Shown one piece after another: positions 44,060-61,801 of a stretch of DNA of 64,000 nt. Below the pieces are notes generated by a model. The model made no database searches, was not told where the DNA came from, and was given only the letters and a program-made list of their open reading frames with translations. Source of the stretch: Chrysomallon squamiferum (taxonomy: Eukaryota; Animalia; Mollusca); assembly GCA_012295275.1 (NCBI GenBank), contig CM022667.1, positions 11,532,001 to 11,596,000 on the forward strand, written 5' to 3'. Positions within the stretch are counted from its first letter, which is position 1; each line of letters opens with the position of its first letter. A program made the position numbers and the translations under genes.

Positions 44060-44741
44060 ATATATCTATACATAATGTTTTATTTTATCAGTATTTTGTT
44101 ATGTAACCAATCCTTTCAGAGCCATTAAATGTATTTATTGTGTCAACACTTAAAAACATCAAGAAAGGAACACTGAAACGTCAGTACTTTAAAACCAATA
44201 ACGATTACACTTGTTCTTAATTAAATTTTAATTTCCTTTGTGTATTTATGTTTTTAAAAGTTTACTTAATGCTAATCCTCTCAATTGCTATATATTGAAT
44301 GAATCAATAAACAATTAAATCCATCGATACTGATTTACGTTACAAACATATTTCGTTGATCATTTCTAAACATTCATATCTGCAAATAATAGAAAAACAT
44401 TGTATCGTATGTCAGACATCAAATAGCGTTGACTGTTTTGATGAGTTTGACAATGTTCTTATTAATACACCACCAAACACATTGTCTAAAGCCATGGGCC
44501 TGTGTTCGATTCTGTCTGCGTCTATTGGAAATATTATTAATATTTAATCCTATTACGAATTATTATAGGGAAATTCGTTCACATCTGTAATACCTGTTTC
44601 CATATATTGATATACGTGTCTGAGGATAGAGATAACATTTACGACTAAAATAATTAATCGATGTTGCAGTTAGAGAATTCTATCATTATAAAATCAGATC
44701 AAACCAAAGAGAAATTTAGTGTTCATTATTTTCATTTTCTT

Positions 44742-44760
<19 letters not shown>
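44060..44760 (+). pseudogene. Relic of an MHY-type upstream region with the leader exon deleted (second copy at ~52810-53520)
   Basis: Similar to 36510-37210 (upstream region and intron 1 of the MHY leader), but jumps from gaaattcgttcacat to intron sequence and omits the 62-nt exon. Confidence 0.6.
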
Positions 44761-44792
<32 letters not shown>

Positions 44793-46061
44793 TATTGAAA
44801 TGAAAAATTAGATTATCTTAGCCAAATAAAAATAGTTTTTAGAAAAATCATATTATAAATGAATAACAATAAGGATGACAACTTCAAGCATCCCAGTAAT
44901 TTATATATTTTCACAGATAAGAAAACATCACCACCACCAGTATAACAGCAAACTACACTAATACCATTAAATTGTCAACACGAAAGAAAAATAATAATAA
45001 GTCATTAGAAAACAACATATAAAAACAAACAAAACGAACAAAAATACAAACAATCAAACGAAACAACAACAAAATAATAACAGCAAAGAAAAGAAAAAAA
45101 GAAAGAATTAATACAGGTATAATATTACATTTGACACAATTTACTGTTGTCAAACAAAATATCGATTCATGTTGACTAATTGATTTTGTAAACATTTAAA
45201 CGTTTTTCTGAATGATTAAGAATAAATTGCCAACTGCGAAATTTAAACAATATTGACTTTTTCTGTCGGTATCAATATTACAAAATGCCTGTCTTGATCA
45301 TCGTTGTAATCGCAATAAAGCTGTTTCTCTTGCAGTTGATACGGTTGTTGTTGATTTTGATGAATACATATATATTTATACACACAAACACACACACACA
45401 CACACACAATCACATTATATATCCATTCCATCATCTTAACACCATATTTTTCTAAATAAACCAGGACTGGTCAATACGAAAGAAAAAAATAATAAGAAAA
45501 TTAAGAAAGAAAAAACAAACAAAAAAGAAACAAACAAACAAAATAACAACAAAACGATAACAGAAAATAAAATAAAGAAAGAAAGAAATATTACGTGTAT
45601 AAACAATACTGACTTGTTCTGTTATTTACAAAAAATCTGTAATTACAACTGTACAATATACCTCATAAAAAATATATTGAGTCAGTGAGAATATTGAAAC
45701 ATTCCAGTCGAGATTTCTAATCAGAATGAAGCTGTTCCTACTGTTACTAGTGTCCCTCATGTCGTTTTGATTGATATCGTTTGCTATCGTCATGATCTGT
45801 TTCATTTATCGAATTGTTTAGTATCATTTACACAGAAATAGCTATGAATGTAGTCATCAAAAATTAAACTAAAGTTATTGGAGTATGACGTAATTCTGTT
45901 GACACTTTTTATGTCGTTATTTTTATCCATATTTTGCTAAATTCAGTTTCTAAACGTTTCGGTTTTTTTAACTGATACTCATTATTAGCCTAAGTTTCAC
46001 CCAGTTTCATTTGTTATAGTGACTGAACTGACAGTGGTAAACAGAAAAGTTAACAGCTGAA

Positions 46062-48241
<2,180 letters not shown>

Positions 48242-50403
48242 TTTTCTACATTGTCAGAAACCATCTGTTTTTTGTAATAACACAGGCATATCTGATATCG
48301 TAAATAAAATTAACAAAATTCATGATATTGAGTTAATGTTTAGGTTTAGGGTAAAAAGTTATGAGCGTTCTAATAAAACTTCTACCGATGTTTTTTCTTC
48401 GTCTTCTTCTTCTCCTTCTTCTTCTGTTTAAGCAATTCGGAGACATAATTAGCCGCGAATTTCTTTTAGATGAATCAGATAGGTGACCTGAAGTTCATAA
48501 ATATATGTGAACTGCCTTGCAGAAAATGTGGAAATCACAACACAAATCTTTCAGTTATTTAACGGTATATTTTTATTAATATCATGTATATATAATAACA
48601 TAGTAAAATTAATAACACAAATGACACGATATCTGATGACAGATGCATGCTATTACAGAACTGGTGATGAGTAAGAAAAATGTGTAATACTCAGTCAAGT
48701 TCTTAATTCATTAGTATCTCTTGTAATTCATCATATAATACAATAAATTTACTATTTTAGTTGAAGATATCACATATAACTCTGTGAACAGTAAATGCAA
48801 TTCAATGCATCACATTTGAAATCGAGAATACATATAATTCTCCAGAAGTTAAATTATTACCAATGAAATTACCTCAGCTCAAATGATATGATTTCTGCCA
48901 AACATTGTAAAATTATATATTCATGGTTCTAGTTTCTTCTATAGAAAACGAGTAAGATATCAACTCATATATCTTCTCCAATGATACAGTAGATGTTTTA
49001 TTTCGTTGGTGAATAATACCCACGGGTGATATAGTATCTATATCAGCTGTAAGTGGTGCAATACACTGTTAAGTACATTCGTATATAATCTCTTGTATAC
49101 CTCTTAATACAACACAACTAATAAGAAACCTCAGTGATACAGTATTTACTACACTGTTAAGTATTTTCATACATGATCTGTCGTATATTATCTCCGTACA
49201 AAACACTGAGTAACATACTTCAGTGATATAGTATCTATCTCACTGATATGATGTGTTTCCATTATGATATTCGTTCATAACTTGATTTATTGTAGATCTC
49301 CCTAGATTACAGATCCTACTTCAATGAACACCATACAGAGTAAGATACTGAGTTTTTTATTTTTCATTAATAAACCCTTTGTTATTAACAGATAATTAAC
49401 ATTTTAATTTTTATTGCAAATTTCATTAAAGTTTCGCATATGAATTATGTATGAAAAGGAACAAATAAATAGATATTTAGATTAGCCCCATATCAAAGAC
49501 GAATTGGTTTCACACAAGATAGAGTCGGTGCTTCTTAACGTGGGTTCTGTACAATCTGTCACTGATTATGCGCCCAGTTTCAGATAAATAAACCATTCAT
49601 ATTCAGACTTTACAGATTCAAGATTTAAAAATTCCAAATTCCATTTCCACTGCATTTTCACACACTGTTTCCGAGAACACATCGATCAAATTTGATAAAA
49701 TAAACATAAAATAAAAACATAAAAATATAAAAATTAGATTTTTAAAAAGTTTAATTTTTTCCTGCTTCCCTTTTCTTTTCCAGACTTATCGTTGATGTTC
49801 AGTTTTAATTATTGAAACTGAATATTCTTAACCAACAAAGGCAATGAAATTATTGTTAACATAACACTGTTTTAGGGTTTGTTTGGTTTTATTATTTTCT
49901 GAAAACCTTTAGGACTTTAGACACTGCAGTTATTTTCAACTAATCTATGGATTCCATGACTACGTAATATTTGTGCTGAATAACAGGACTCTAATACAGA
50001 TAGTCAATATAAAATTTAGAAGATAAAAAATTATATGTATATGTTTAAGTTATTAAGAAAACACATATATTTCATAAACAAACAATTAGAGCCAACGATA
50101 TTGATTTACATTATAGAATATTTGATTGATTATTTCTCAGCATATTTTTCTGCACGTAAGACACACAAACAAACAAACAAAAAAGTATCGTATGTCAGAG
50201 AACAGTTAGCATTTACTGTTTTCAGGTTTTTGATAATATTCTTATTAATAGAGCACCAAACACATCGATTAAATTTTCTATTGGTGTTTCCTTCTATTGG
50301 AAAGATTTTCAGTATTCAACTCGAACCCTCCAAAGAAAGACACAGAATAGTACGAATTATTATACTGATCAGTTTGTTTAAAATTCGTTCTTATTTGCGA
50401 AAG

Positions 50404-50628
50404 ATGCACTATTCACCATTTATTTTGTTGATAGCGTTTGTAATATGTGGTCATGGTAATGAGAGGTATGTAAAATATATACTTTTTTTATATAGTTAAT
50501 TATATTTGAGACAAGAAATAAAATTTACATCAAAAATAATTGATATTTCAGTAAGAGAGATCTGTCGTCGTAAAATGAAATCAAACCGAATAGAAATTGA
50601 CATTTCAACCTTTTATTTTAATTATCTT

Positions 50629-50674
<46 letters not shown>

Positions 50675-51019
50675 TGATGATGATGATAATAATAATAATA
50701 ACAATAATAATTTTGTAACATTTTAAAAATAAAATAATTATTTTTTATTATTGTTATTATCACAGGTGCAACAAGATAATGATGTGGATTAAGAATCCTA
50801 ATTTTGAGAATATTCAGGTAACCAAGGCTCTCATATCTTCTGCTGAAGGAGTCACATCACAAAGGGATTGTGGGATACGATGCACAAATAACTCTTCGTG
50901 TATTTGGTTTTCGTACAACGTGTATGGAACTTGTCGTCTGCATTATTTGAGATTTATAAATTCAGGCAGCTATTCAACTTCACCTGGCTGGACTCACTTT
51001 TACCTGAGAGCAGGTAAAG

Positions 51020-51070
<51 letters not shown>

Positions 51071-51659
51071 AAAATATATATATATATATATATAAATTTA
51101 AAATGAATCAACGAATGAACGAATGAATGAATAAATAATAATAATAATAACAACAACAATAATATTATTATTATTATTTTATTATTATTATTATTATTAT
51201 TATAATAATACAACTATAGAAGTTAATAATACACAAATATTTTCTAAAATATGTTTCTAGGATCGTAAGCAAATTTCTAGTACCACTCTTGTAACAGAAA
51301 TCAGCATTACTATAAGTATTATTCTTAATTATTTTAAAAACCTTTTAGCAATTATTATCATTTCCTGACAGGTTCCTGTCCAGTGGAAGATGGGTTTGTT
51401 TATTTGGACAAACTGAATCTATGTTTCAAAGTGTTCAGCGATCAGAAAACATTTTCTGAAGCACGTGACGGCTGTAGTCAGATAGGTTCAAGACTGATTG
51501 TACTGGACACAGAAGAGAAAAACACTGCTGTTGGTGACTACATCACAGAAAACATGGGTAGGAATTTAAACACTGATATACTTCGGACACCCACACAAAA
51601 AGAAAAAAGAAAAGAAATTACGAAATTGTAAGCAAATGTATTAGCTTTGCCTTCTTCTT

Positions 51660-51734
<75 letters not shown>

Positions 51735-52024
51735 TTGATTATTATTATTATTGTTGTTGTTGTTGTTATTATTGTTGTTATAATAATTGTCTTTATTATA
51801 CAGAAACTACTCATCGTTTTTACATCGGACTGACGGATATAGTCACACAAGACGTGTATGTTTGGGAGAACGGAGTTCAGGCAGTGTTTTTCAAGTGGAG
51901 AGCCAGTGAACCTAACGGTATTGATCGAACCGAGGACTGTGTTTTCTTATGTATTCTATGGAACACTTGGATTGACATCTCATGTTCTATAAGACAAATT
52001 TACATTTGTGAGAAACCAATGTGA
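50404..52024 (+). CDS. L7: PAN/Apple + C-type lectin protein (MHY-type), recent duplicate of L5
   Basis: join(50404-50465,50766-51013,51372-51557,51804-52024); EPN/WID. Confidence 0.92.
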
Positions 52025-55007
52025 TTTTTTTTGTTGTCAGAAATCAGTGTGATCATCTACATTGGTAACCTCGGTGAAAACTGGGTTGACTACTCCATGA
52101 ACCAAAACAGAAACTGTATCCTTAAATAAATACATGGTTGATGTGACAGTGAGGGCTAGATTTTTTAATTCTTACTTTTATTTTTATATGCTTTTGTTTT
52201 CATCCTATTTTGGTTTAAATTAATATCTGGAAAAAATATCTTAACCAAAAATAAAAATAAATGACTGTGAAGTCGTCGCGATAAAAATAAGTAATTACAA
52301 ATCCCACTTCATCTACAGTAACAATTAAACTATTAAAGAACAGAAGGGGTAATAACTGAACAAAAATTGTATGAAGTCATTATCTCGATATAAATGGCTT
52401 TGACTTCTTTAACAAGGGTCACTTGAATTTCAAACGCCAATCAGGAATTGGAAGCAAAGTTCAGCATAACATCTACTTCACGTTAAATAAATAATTGACG
52501 GATACGAAGAAGATGACTATAAATATGGATATTTACAAATTTTCAACAATGGACTTTCTTTAAAACACTAATAATAAAAAAATTATCAACATGAACAAAA
52601 TAAAACTATCGGCAGTATCAAACAAAGATTAACTGCTCCTGTACTAAAATTAATGCTTGTAAAACTGACGAAATAAAATAATGGCCTGCTTTGTAGGAAG
52701 CGATTATTACCCTCGGTTATTGAGCAGCAATTTTGTTTACGGTTATCTTTGTGACCTTGTGGTATCGTCTTTCGCTCACTATTCATTTCTAAATATTTGC
52801 ACGTATATATCTATTCATAATGTTTTATTTTATCAGTATTTCGTTATGTAACAAAATATGAACCAATCCGTTCAGAGCCATTAAATGTATTTATTGTGTC
52901 AACACTTAAAAACATCAAGAAAGTAACACTGAAACGTCAGTACTTTAAAACCAATAACGATTACACTTGTTCGTAATTAAATTTTAATTTCCTTTGTGTA
53001 TTTATGTTTTTAAAAGTTTACTTAATGCTAATCCTCTCAGTTGCTATATATTGAATGAATCAATAAACAATTAAATCCATCGATATTGATTTACGTTACA
53101 AACATATTTCGTTGATCATTTGTAAACATTCATATCTGCAAATAATACAAAAACATTTTATTGTATGTCAGATATCAATTAGCGTTGACTGTTTTGAGGC
53201 GTTTGACAATGTTCTTATTAATACACCACCAAACACATTGTCTAAAGCCGTGGGCCTGTGTTCGATTCTGTCTGCGTCTATTGGAAATATTATTAATATT
53301 TAATCCCAGCCAAATACAGAGACACACTGCCTAGTACGAATTATTATATGGAAATTCGTTCACATCTGTAATACCTGTTTCCATATATTGATATCTGTGT
53401 CTGAGGATAGAGATAACATTTACAACGAAAATAATTAAACGATGTTGCAGAATTCTATCATTATAAAATCAGATCAAACCAAAGAGAAATTTAGTGTTCA
53501 TTGTTTTCATTTTATTTTAATAATAATAATAATAATAATGTATTAAAATCAAAATAATTTTGAAAAATCATATTATAAATGAATAACAATAAGGATGACA
53601 ACATCAAGCATCCCACCACCGTAACGACGACAGCAAACTACACTAAAAGCTGTTAAATTGCCAACACGAAACAGAAATAATAATAAGTCATTTAAAATAA
53701 CAAACAAAAAGAAAAAAAAGAAAAAACTCAGTTAGTTTCAGGACTGAGTATAGTGTTAAAACCTGTTAAAACCAACAGAGAACGTGCGGGGCGACATGCA
53801 ATGTTGTTGACATGAAAAATACTTTTGTGAAAAACTTGTGTGACTGTCACCAGAACAGACGAGTACATGTGACAAAACATCCAAACACACAACAAACATA
53901 TTTAAAATTAAAAAAGACGAAATAAACACACAATGTAAAACTCCTGATATTCGTTTCTTGTCTAAGTTTAACACGCGATATTGTCTAAAGTTATTTTTCA
54001 TATATATATATATATATATGGTTCCTCCCACTTGATCTAAACTGTTCCCATTTGGTCCTAAAGGAGAGGATTAAGTAGGTTTTGCCCACATGATCTGATG
54101 TTTAATGCTCATTTGACCTTGTGCGTCATCTCAAGTTGAATCAGGGATCTCTACACTAATGTAATGCTATGCTGTTTTAAGTAAAATCATAGTTACTTGT
54201 TAACCTGCTTTATGGATCCACCGATCTGATATTTCTTACTTTGGAAAACAGAAATAATTAGTTTAATTAGCTTTACTATATTCCGCCTGCAATGTACTAG
54301 TCTTAATAAAAGTATAAATAACGGTAAAGGAACAACCATAAACAACGCAGGGAAATTTAATAATATATATATATATATATATAATATATAGAATGTTTGA
54401 CAACTGATTTTGAATAATTGTAACTGTAAATCACTACTGGAAACGAATGCGCAACTTTTTTGTCTTCAATAAAGTTCGTTTTACAATTAACAGTATGGAA
54501 ATGTTAAGGATAAATCATGTTTTGTTCTTCTTCTTGCTAGGTATTACTATTTATTATGGAAATATTGATAAATCATGTTTTGTTCTTCTTCTTGCTAGGT
54601 ATTACAATATTGATTGTGTCAAACTGAAACATTAAAAAGTTTAATTTTCCCAGAGGAACAAATCTAGTCGTCTGTGAATATTTAATAAAATTTTGTCGCT
54701 TTGGATGATTAATTCTCAAACAAAATATTGTTTCAGCATGTCACACATCGGTTATTTTTCGGGATCGATTGATTTTTTTATATCGAATTTTCTGTTTTCT
54801 GTTTAACCTTAGCCACAGCGGAATATGATACAAGGTTGAAAATATTTCTTTTTCCTTTGAGACCAGATGTCATCTCGGTGAGTGAGATTTTTATGGCCTG
54901 TGATATTTTGTATGACTTGTTCTTTTTTGACAAGTTTGACGTGTTTAACCATGTTTACATTCACATCAGGGTCAAAAGAACAAATCATAGGAACATTATT
55001 ATTATTA

Positions 55008-55043
<36 letters not shown>

Positions 55044-56446
55044 TTATGTTAACTGATTCTTTTCTGTTTTTCTTTCTTACTGGTTATTACTTCTTTATTT
55101 GATTTCATTTATCTGTCTCAAGTGTAGTCTGCTGTAGTCGTGGTGGTGGTGGTGGTGGTGGTTGTGGTGGTGTTTTCCCATCTGTGAAGATATGTATAAA
55201 AAAGGTAACTTCAAATTATGAAATTTACTAAGATGCCTGATATTATGGTCCTTATTGTAAAAATTTATAATGTGACATTTTTTTTTTTTTTATTACTTTT
55301 ATTCCTATGAGAAAATCTAATTTTTCTTTTGAATATAGTGTTGTTATTATTATTATTATTATTATTATTTTATCTTTCTTCACCCGTTAACATCTTGAAT
55401 TATTGTAAATTTCCATATCTTTCCTTTCAGTATCTATAAACAGATATGTTACTGAATCTTGTTAGCATGTTTGTTTTGTTTTGTTTGTTTGTTTTTTTTT
55501 TTTTTTTTTTGTTATTTTTTATATTTACTGCATGAATCTTCAAATTCAAATCACTTTTAATGATGTGGTCAGAGATATTTAAAGCTAGCTAATGACGTCA
55601 CACATCTGGAATTCTTTTCCCCTTTCTGTTTAAATGGTTGTCCTCGTTTTCCTTCAAGGAAAGTCAATTTTTGTCGTAGTACTGATCCGATAAAATGACT
55701 TCTAACAATATCAAACAGTGTAATCGAACAACAACGTTGCTGTAGTAGTGTAACCTATTCATGTGTTTAGCATCAATTTATTTATTTATTTATTTATTAT
55801 AAATAATTTGTTTTTATTTATTCATTTTTTTTTCTTCTTTTTTCAGTTATTCACTATTCACACAAATTGGAAACTAAGAAACTTATGAACGGTTATCATT
55901 TTACAGAATGCGTTAAGTAAACTTGTATTCATTTTCATACAGTGATCAGTAACTATTTACTACAGTAGTCAGACTTAGCTCACACAAACATCAGTGATGC
56001 ACTCAGCTTGCTCGTCATTAAACACCAGTTTGTTCTAGAAACATGTTCTGACCGTTTATTGGAATTTCTTTCTTTCTTTGTGAAATGCTATGGCCCTGGT
56101 CGGGTATTTGGCTGTTGTAAAAGTATTCGTTAAAAGAAGCAAAAAGGACAAAAAAAAAAAAAGAACCAGAAGAATATAAAATTAAAACTAAGAATGAAAA
56201 AAAAATAGTCTTACCGTCACTGACGAATTTATTTGGTTACTAAAGTATACTTTCTATCTCTGATTTACCATACTTTTCGTTTTTTGTATGATTTCATAAG
56301 ATCTGTTTCATAAGTAAAAATACTGGAACTTATCATTTAATATATTTAATTTTCCTTGAGACTTGTAACTAATCCTGCTCTTCATTTTTTTATTTTTAAA
56401 GAGATGATTCGTAGATTATGACGTTGAAACATCACGATGATGTTGT

Positions 56447-56490
<44 letters not shown>

Positions 56491-56759
56491 ATGAACAGAA
56501 GGGAAATAGTAATTCTACAGTAGTCCAATAATAATTTATTTTAATTAAGCTCAACATGACCAGTACCATTATCGACACGATCATTATAATAATCATAACT
56601 ATCATCGTCATTTATAAATTACTGATTCATCAAGAACTGAGTAAACTGATTTGTATTAGTTTTATTCACGACGACATCGCATTTGTATATGTTAATACAG
56701 AAAACAAATGGTTTCTCACAATGTAGAAAATCACCCTGGTTTCTCACAAATGTAGAAAA

Positions 56760-57080
56760 TCACACTGGTTTCTCACAAATGTAATTTAGTCTTCGGGAAC
56801 AGGCGACATCATGCCATGTGTTCGCCGGAAAATATAAAAGAACACAGTCCTCATAGGAACCAATATAGTCCGGTTCACCTTTTCCTCAGTTGACAAACAC
56901 TGCTTCAACTCCGTTTTCCCAAACAAACACGTATTCTGTAACTAGATCCGATAGTCCGATGTACAGACGCCGTCCTGTATCTGTTTAATGACAAAATTTT
57001 TATAAAAGAATAACAATACAATAACAACAACAACAACAATAATATAATAATAATGTGATGATAATAATAACAAACAAAAA

Positions 57081-57135
<55 letters not shown>

Positions 57136-57339
57136 ATAATAATAATAATAATAATAACAATAACAATAATAATTTTAAAGATAATGTTTTATTTACAACT
57201 GCAAATAGATATTCTATATGTGGTACAAGATTATTTCAGTAATAGTAGTAATAATAGTTGTATACCAGTATTTAAGTTCCTACCGATGTCTGTTTGGATG
57301 TAGTCACCAACAGCTGTGTTTTTCTCTTCTGAGTCCAGT
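56760..57339 (-). pseudogene. Lectin pseudogene: exon 4 with a nonsense codon, plus a 5'-truncated exon 3
   Basis: Exon 4 (56760-56980) has TGA at 56886-56888 replacing the conserved Trp; EPD/WHD motifs. Exon 3 remnant 57284-57339 is cut by a deletion. A ~29-bp 3' segment is triplicated at 56708-56785. Confidence 0.88.
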
Positions 57340-58026
57340 TTTGTATTTGATGTTGTTCTACTCCTTATTTTGTTTTAAGGGCTTTTTTTTTTTTTTTTTT
57401 TTTGTTAGTTTGTTGGGAATATTATCATTTTTATTATTAATTTATTTATTTACTTATTTATTTAGTTTGTTTACTTCCTTAATTCTTTTTTTAAATTTTT
57501 CCTTATTTTGAACATGGTGTGAGATTCATCTGTTTTCAAGTATTAACATTTCAGTGCTGCTTTGCGACATAATAAATACGTTCATTTGCTTTGAAAGCAT
57601 CAGTTCGTAGTCTGTAATATGATACTGATAAAACAAAACACTCTGCCCATGGAGATACATGTCAAAATGCTGACGGCATTTAGGCGCCCTAGTTAAAACG
57701 TTTTTCAGAAATGGCGAATTCCCAGTTTGTTACATTTATTCTTGAACAACATCTTCTTTTCATTTTTATTTCATCAGATCCTGTTGAGGATTATGACAAG
57801 GAAACAGGGAGGAGTTAGTCTACAGTACACAGTACAATATAATTTAATTAAGATGGTCATGACCATTGTCATTATCGACACGTTCATTAAATCATAATCG
57901 TCATCGACATCGTTGTCATTTATAAATAACTGATTTGTCAAGTATTATGAATTGAGGAAACTGATTTTGAATTTGCATTTGTTTATGATAATACAGAAAA
58001 CAATCGGTTTCTGACAGTGTAGAAAA

Positions 58027-58288
58027 TCACACTGGTTTCTCACAAATGTAATTTTGACTTCGGGAACATTCGACATCATGCCATGTGTTCCAAGGAAACA
58101 ATAAGATAACACAGTCCTCGTTGAAACCAGAAGTATTAGGTTCACCTGTTCCCCAGTTGAGAAACACTGCCCGAACTCCGTTTTCCCAAACAAACACACC
58201 TTCTTTAACTAGATCCGATAATCCGATGTACAAACCCCGTTCTGTTTCTGTTTAATGATAAAAACAAAATCATTAAAAGAATAACAAT

Positions 58289-58320
<32 letters not shown>

Positions 58321-58675
58321 AATAATTATATTAATAATAATAATTTTAAAGCTAATATTTTATTTACAACTGCAAAGAGATATTCTATATGTAGTATAAG
58401 ATTATTTAAGTTCCTACCTGTATTATTTTGGATGTAGTCACCAACAGCTGTGTTTTTCTCTTCTGAGTCCAGTACAATCAGTCTTGAACCTATCTGACTG
58501 CAGGCGTCACGTGCTTGAGAAAATGTTTTCTTTTCCGCAAAAGCCTTCATACACAGATGCACTTCGTCCAAGTACACAAACCCGTCTTCTACTGGACATG
58601 AACCTGTGAGAATAAAACAGTTAATTTCTTTCTTTCCAAACAACTAATTGATTTATTATTATTATTATTATTATT

Positions 58676-58765
<90 letters not shown>

Positions 58766-59395
58766 GTTATTATCATCATCGTTATTGTTATATGTTTATG
58801 CAATTTTATGTATGTACTAACAAAGAAAAAAATAAAAGTATCTTGCCTGCACTAAGGTAGAAGTAGTTCCAGCCAGGTGATTTAGAGTAACTGCTGTAAT
58901 TTGAAAATCTCAAGGAATGGAGTCGACAAACACCACGCACATTGTATGAAAACGATTTACAGAAAGAGTTATCGATACATCGTTTCCGACAAACTACCGA
59001 GCTTGTAATTCCAGCTTGAGAAGATAGCAGCTTATCGTTCACCTCGACATCGTTAAACTTTATATTTCTAATCCACATAGATAAACGGTTGCACCTACAA
59101 TAATAAAACATCAGTTAAAAAAGAATATATGTATTTTTATAATCAAAACAGAGATTGATATCCTAATTTTAACAAGTTATTTCTATTCCCAGATCTTTAT
59201 GAGTAAAAAACCCAACAACAACAAAAAAACAACAAAAAAAAGCAAAAACATTGAAAAACAAGAACAAAAACAAAATCAAAATACTGAGTGAAACTTGACA
59301 ACAATGGGTAGATGATGTGCACAGCAAGCTTACAATGTGAAATTTAACAATCATTGTTGATGATGATGATGATGATGATGATGATGAGAAAAAAG

Positions 59396-59493
<98 letters not shown>

Positions 59494-59574
59494 AATGTAT
59501 ACATACCTTTCTGCAGTTTTGCAACACAAGAGAACAGCCAAAACCCAGATTCCTTTAATGAGAAAGGTTTTCAT
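58027..59574 (-). CDS. L8: PAN/Apple + C-type lectin protein (MKT-type), with a GC-AG intron 2
   Basis: complement join(59507-59574,58847-59094,58418-58603,58027-58247). Exon sizes 68/248/186/221 as in paralogs; donor after exon 2 is GCAG|gcaaga; EPN/WHD. Confidence 0.88.
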
Positions 59575-60026
59575 TTTTGCTCTTAACTTTTTGCTGTTAA
59601 ATTTACAACTGTCAGTTAACCTTAATAAAACAAACGAAACTAACTGAAACTTAGGCTAATCGTGAATCAAATATGAGTTCAGAATTTAACAAAAACGTGG
59701 AATTAATCTGAATGAATGGGAAGAAAAAAAACGAGATGAAAAATGTCAAGGGAATTATATTTGTACTCGAATAAATTTACTTTAATTTTTTATGACTACA
59801 TTCACAGCCATAACAACAGAATAAGTCATTATTGCACAAATTTCAAATGAACATATTTAATTTGTAATTAAACACAGACACATGTAGATGTTTACAAAAT
59901 CAATGAGTCGATGTGAACCGACATTTGGTTTCACACGACTCATTTGCGTTGATATCAGCGTGAGTGACGTTATTGTAATGATTATAGTATCTAATTTCGT
60001 TTTTCTTATGTAATATTTATACGTAC

Positions 60027-60094
60027 ATTTCTGCGCTGTTATAGCACACGAGGAGACCCAAAACCCAGATTCCTTTCATGAGAAACGTTTTCAT
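60027..60094 (-). other. Second intact MKT-type signal-peptide exon upstream of L8
   Basis: ATG 60094: MKTFLMKGIWVLGLLVCYNSAE+AT|gtacgt; 68 nt, phase 2, with its own copy of the upstream region. Confidence 0.75.
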
Positions 60095-61801
60095 CTTAGT
60101 TGTTAACTTTTCTACTTACAGCTGTCAGTTCAGTTCATATAACAAATGAAACCACATGAAACTCGGGCTAATAATGAGTAACAATTATGAGTTCTAATAG
60201 CAGCTAGAACAACTAAAACTTTTAGAAACTAAATTTAGTAAAAACGTGGAATTAAACTGATTGAATGGGAAAAAAATAACGACATAAAAAAATGTCAATA
60301 GAACTGCGTTATACTCTAACGAATTTAGTTTAATTTTTTACATTCGAAACCATTTGATGGTAACTGATAATCAGTAAATGTAAGTACGAAACAGATCATC
60401 ATGATAGCAAATGACGTCGACTAAAACGACATCTACATCAGAGACAGCACCAACAACAACTGCAATACGCACAACTTCGTTGTCATGATATCTATGATTA
60501 TGTCTAGCATTTATATTAATTTTGATACTTACTAAATACATTTTTTGTTTTGTTTTACTTGTATTGCATGGTACTGTTACAACTACAGATATTTTAATAA
60601 ACAACAGACCATGTCAAAGTTTGGAAGTTAATTCAGAGAGAGGTGTAAATGTATACAAAATCAATAAATCGATGAAAACCGATATTTGATTTGACAGCAG
60701 TCAGTTGCGTCAAATGAGATTCTATTATTATTATTTTTTTTTTGTTTCTTTTTGATGAGTTTTATTTTTAACTATTATTCTTCTGTTTTACTTTTTTCTC
60801 TTTTTTTTTTCTCGTGTTTGTTGTTTCAGCTATATTTATTTAATTTAATTTGCTGTAGTGTCGTTTGTTGTTAAGGTTGCTGTTGTCTTATTTTGGTTGT
60901 GTTTTGTTTCCTGTCAAGATTCAGAAATTTCTTGGATGCCTGCTTAAATAAATAAATACTTTTTTTTTTTAAATACGTATTCCCTGCTGGACATGAATGA
61001 TATGCAGGTTGTTGATGTTATTGTTAATCATACAGAATGGGATTTTTCTTTCATATATACTTTTATTCTTGCATAAGAAAATATAATGTTTCCTTTAAAT
61101 ATGTATTTCTAGTAGTATTACTATTACTATTAGTAGCAGTGGTTGTTGTTGTGGTTGCTGTTGTTGTTGTAATTGTTGTAGAAGAAAGAACCCATTAGAA
61201 GACAGGTTTCAGTATTTTATCCGGGAAATCGACGTGATAACTTCTGAGAATATTTCTGATAGAATTATTATTTTACCATCCTTGTTTTGTTTTTTCTTTT
61301 GTTTGTTCTTGATTTTTTGTTGTTGTTGTTGATGTTGTTTGTTTTTGTTTGTGTGTCTTTTCTTTTTGTTGTTTTGTTCTTGTTGTTATTCTCTTGTTCC
61401 TTTCTTTATTTCTTTTTTTTTTCTTTTCTTTTCCGGGGGTATTTGTTTTATTCTTTGTTTTATTGTAAATCGAATTTTTTGTGTTTTAGTAGTGCAGAAA
61501 CACTGAACATGTTATTAATTAATTGTTGCTTTTGAACTACAACTATTCTTGCTCCGAATTTTTAATTCATGAAATGCTCTTGACAATCAAACATTTTGAT
61601 GATGCAATGAGTAACTCTGTTTTAACCAACTATTTTATTTTAACAAACAATAATCATAACCATCGGGATCATCATAATAGTCATGTTTGTCGTCAGAATT
61701 TGTAAATTACTGATTCATTAAAGATTAAAACAAATAAATGAACTGATTTTGTTAGTTTCATCTGTAACAAGTATCAGATTTGTTTTCAATAATACAGAAA
61801 A

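Noticed and set aside
56886-56888. In-frame TGA as possible selenocysteine or readthrough
   Set aside because: It replaces a conserved Trp (TGG>TGA) in a copy that also lacks exons 1-2 and most of exon 3; a simple nonsense mutation.
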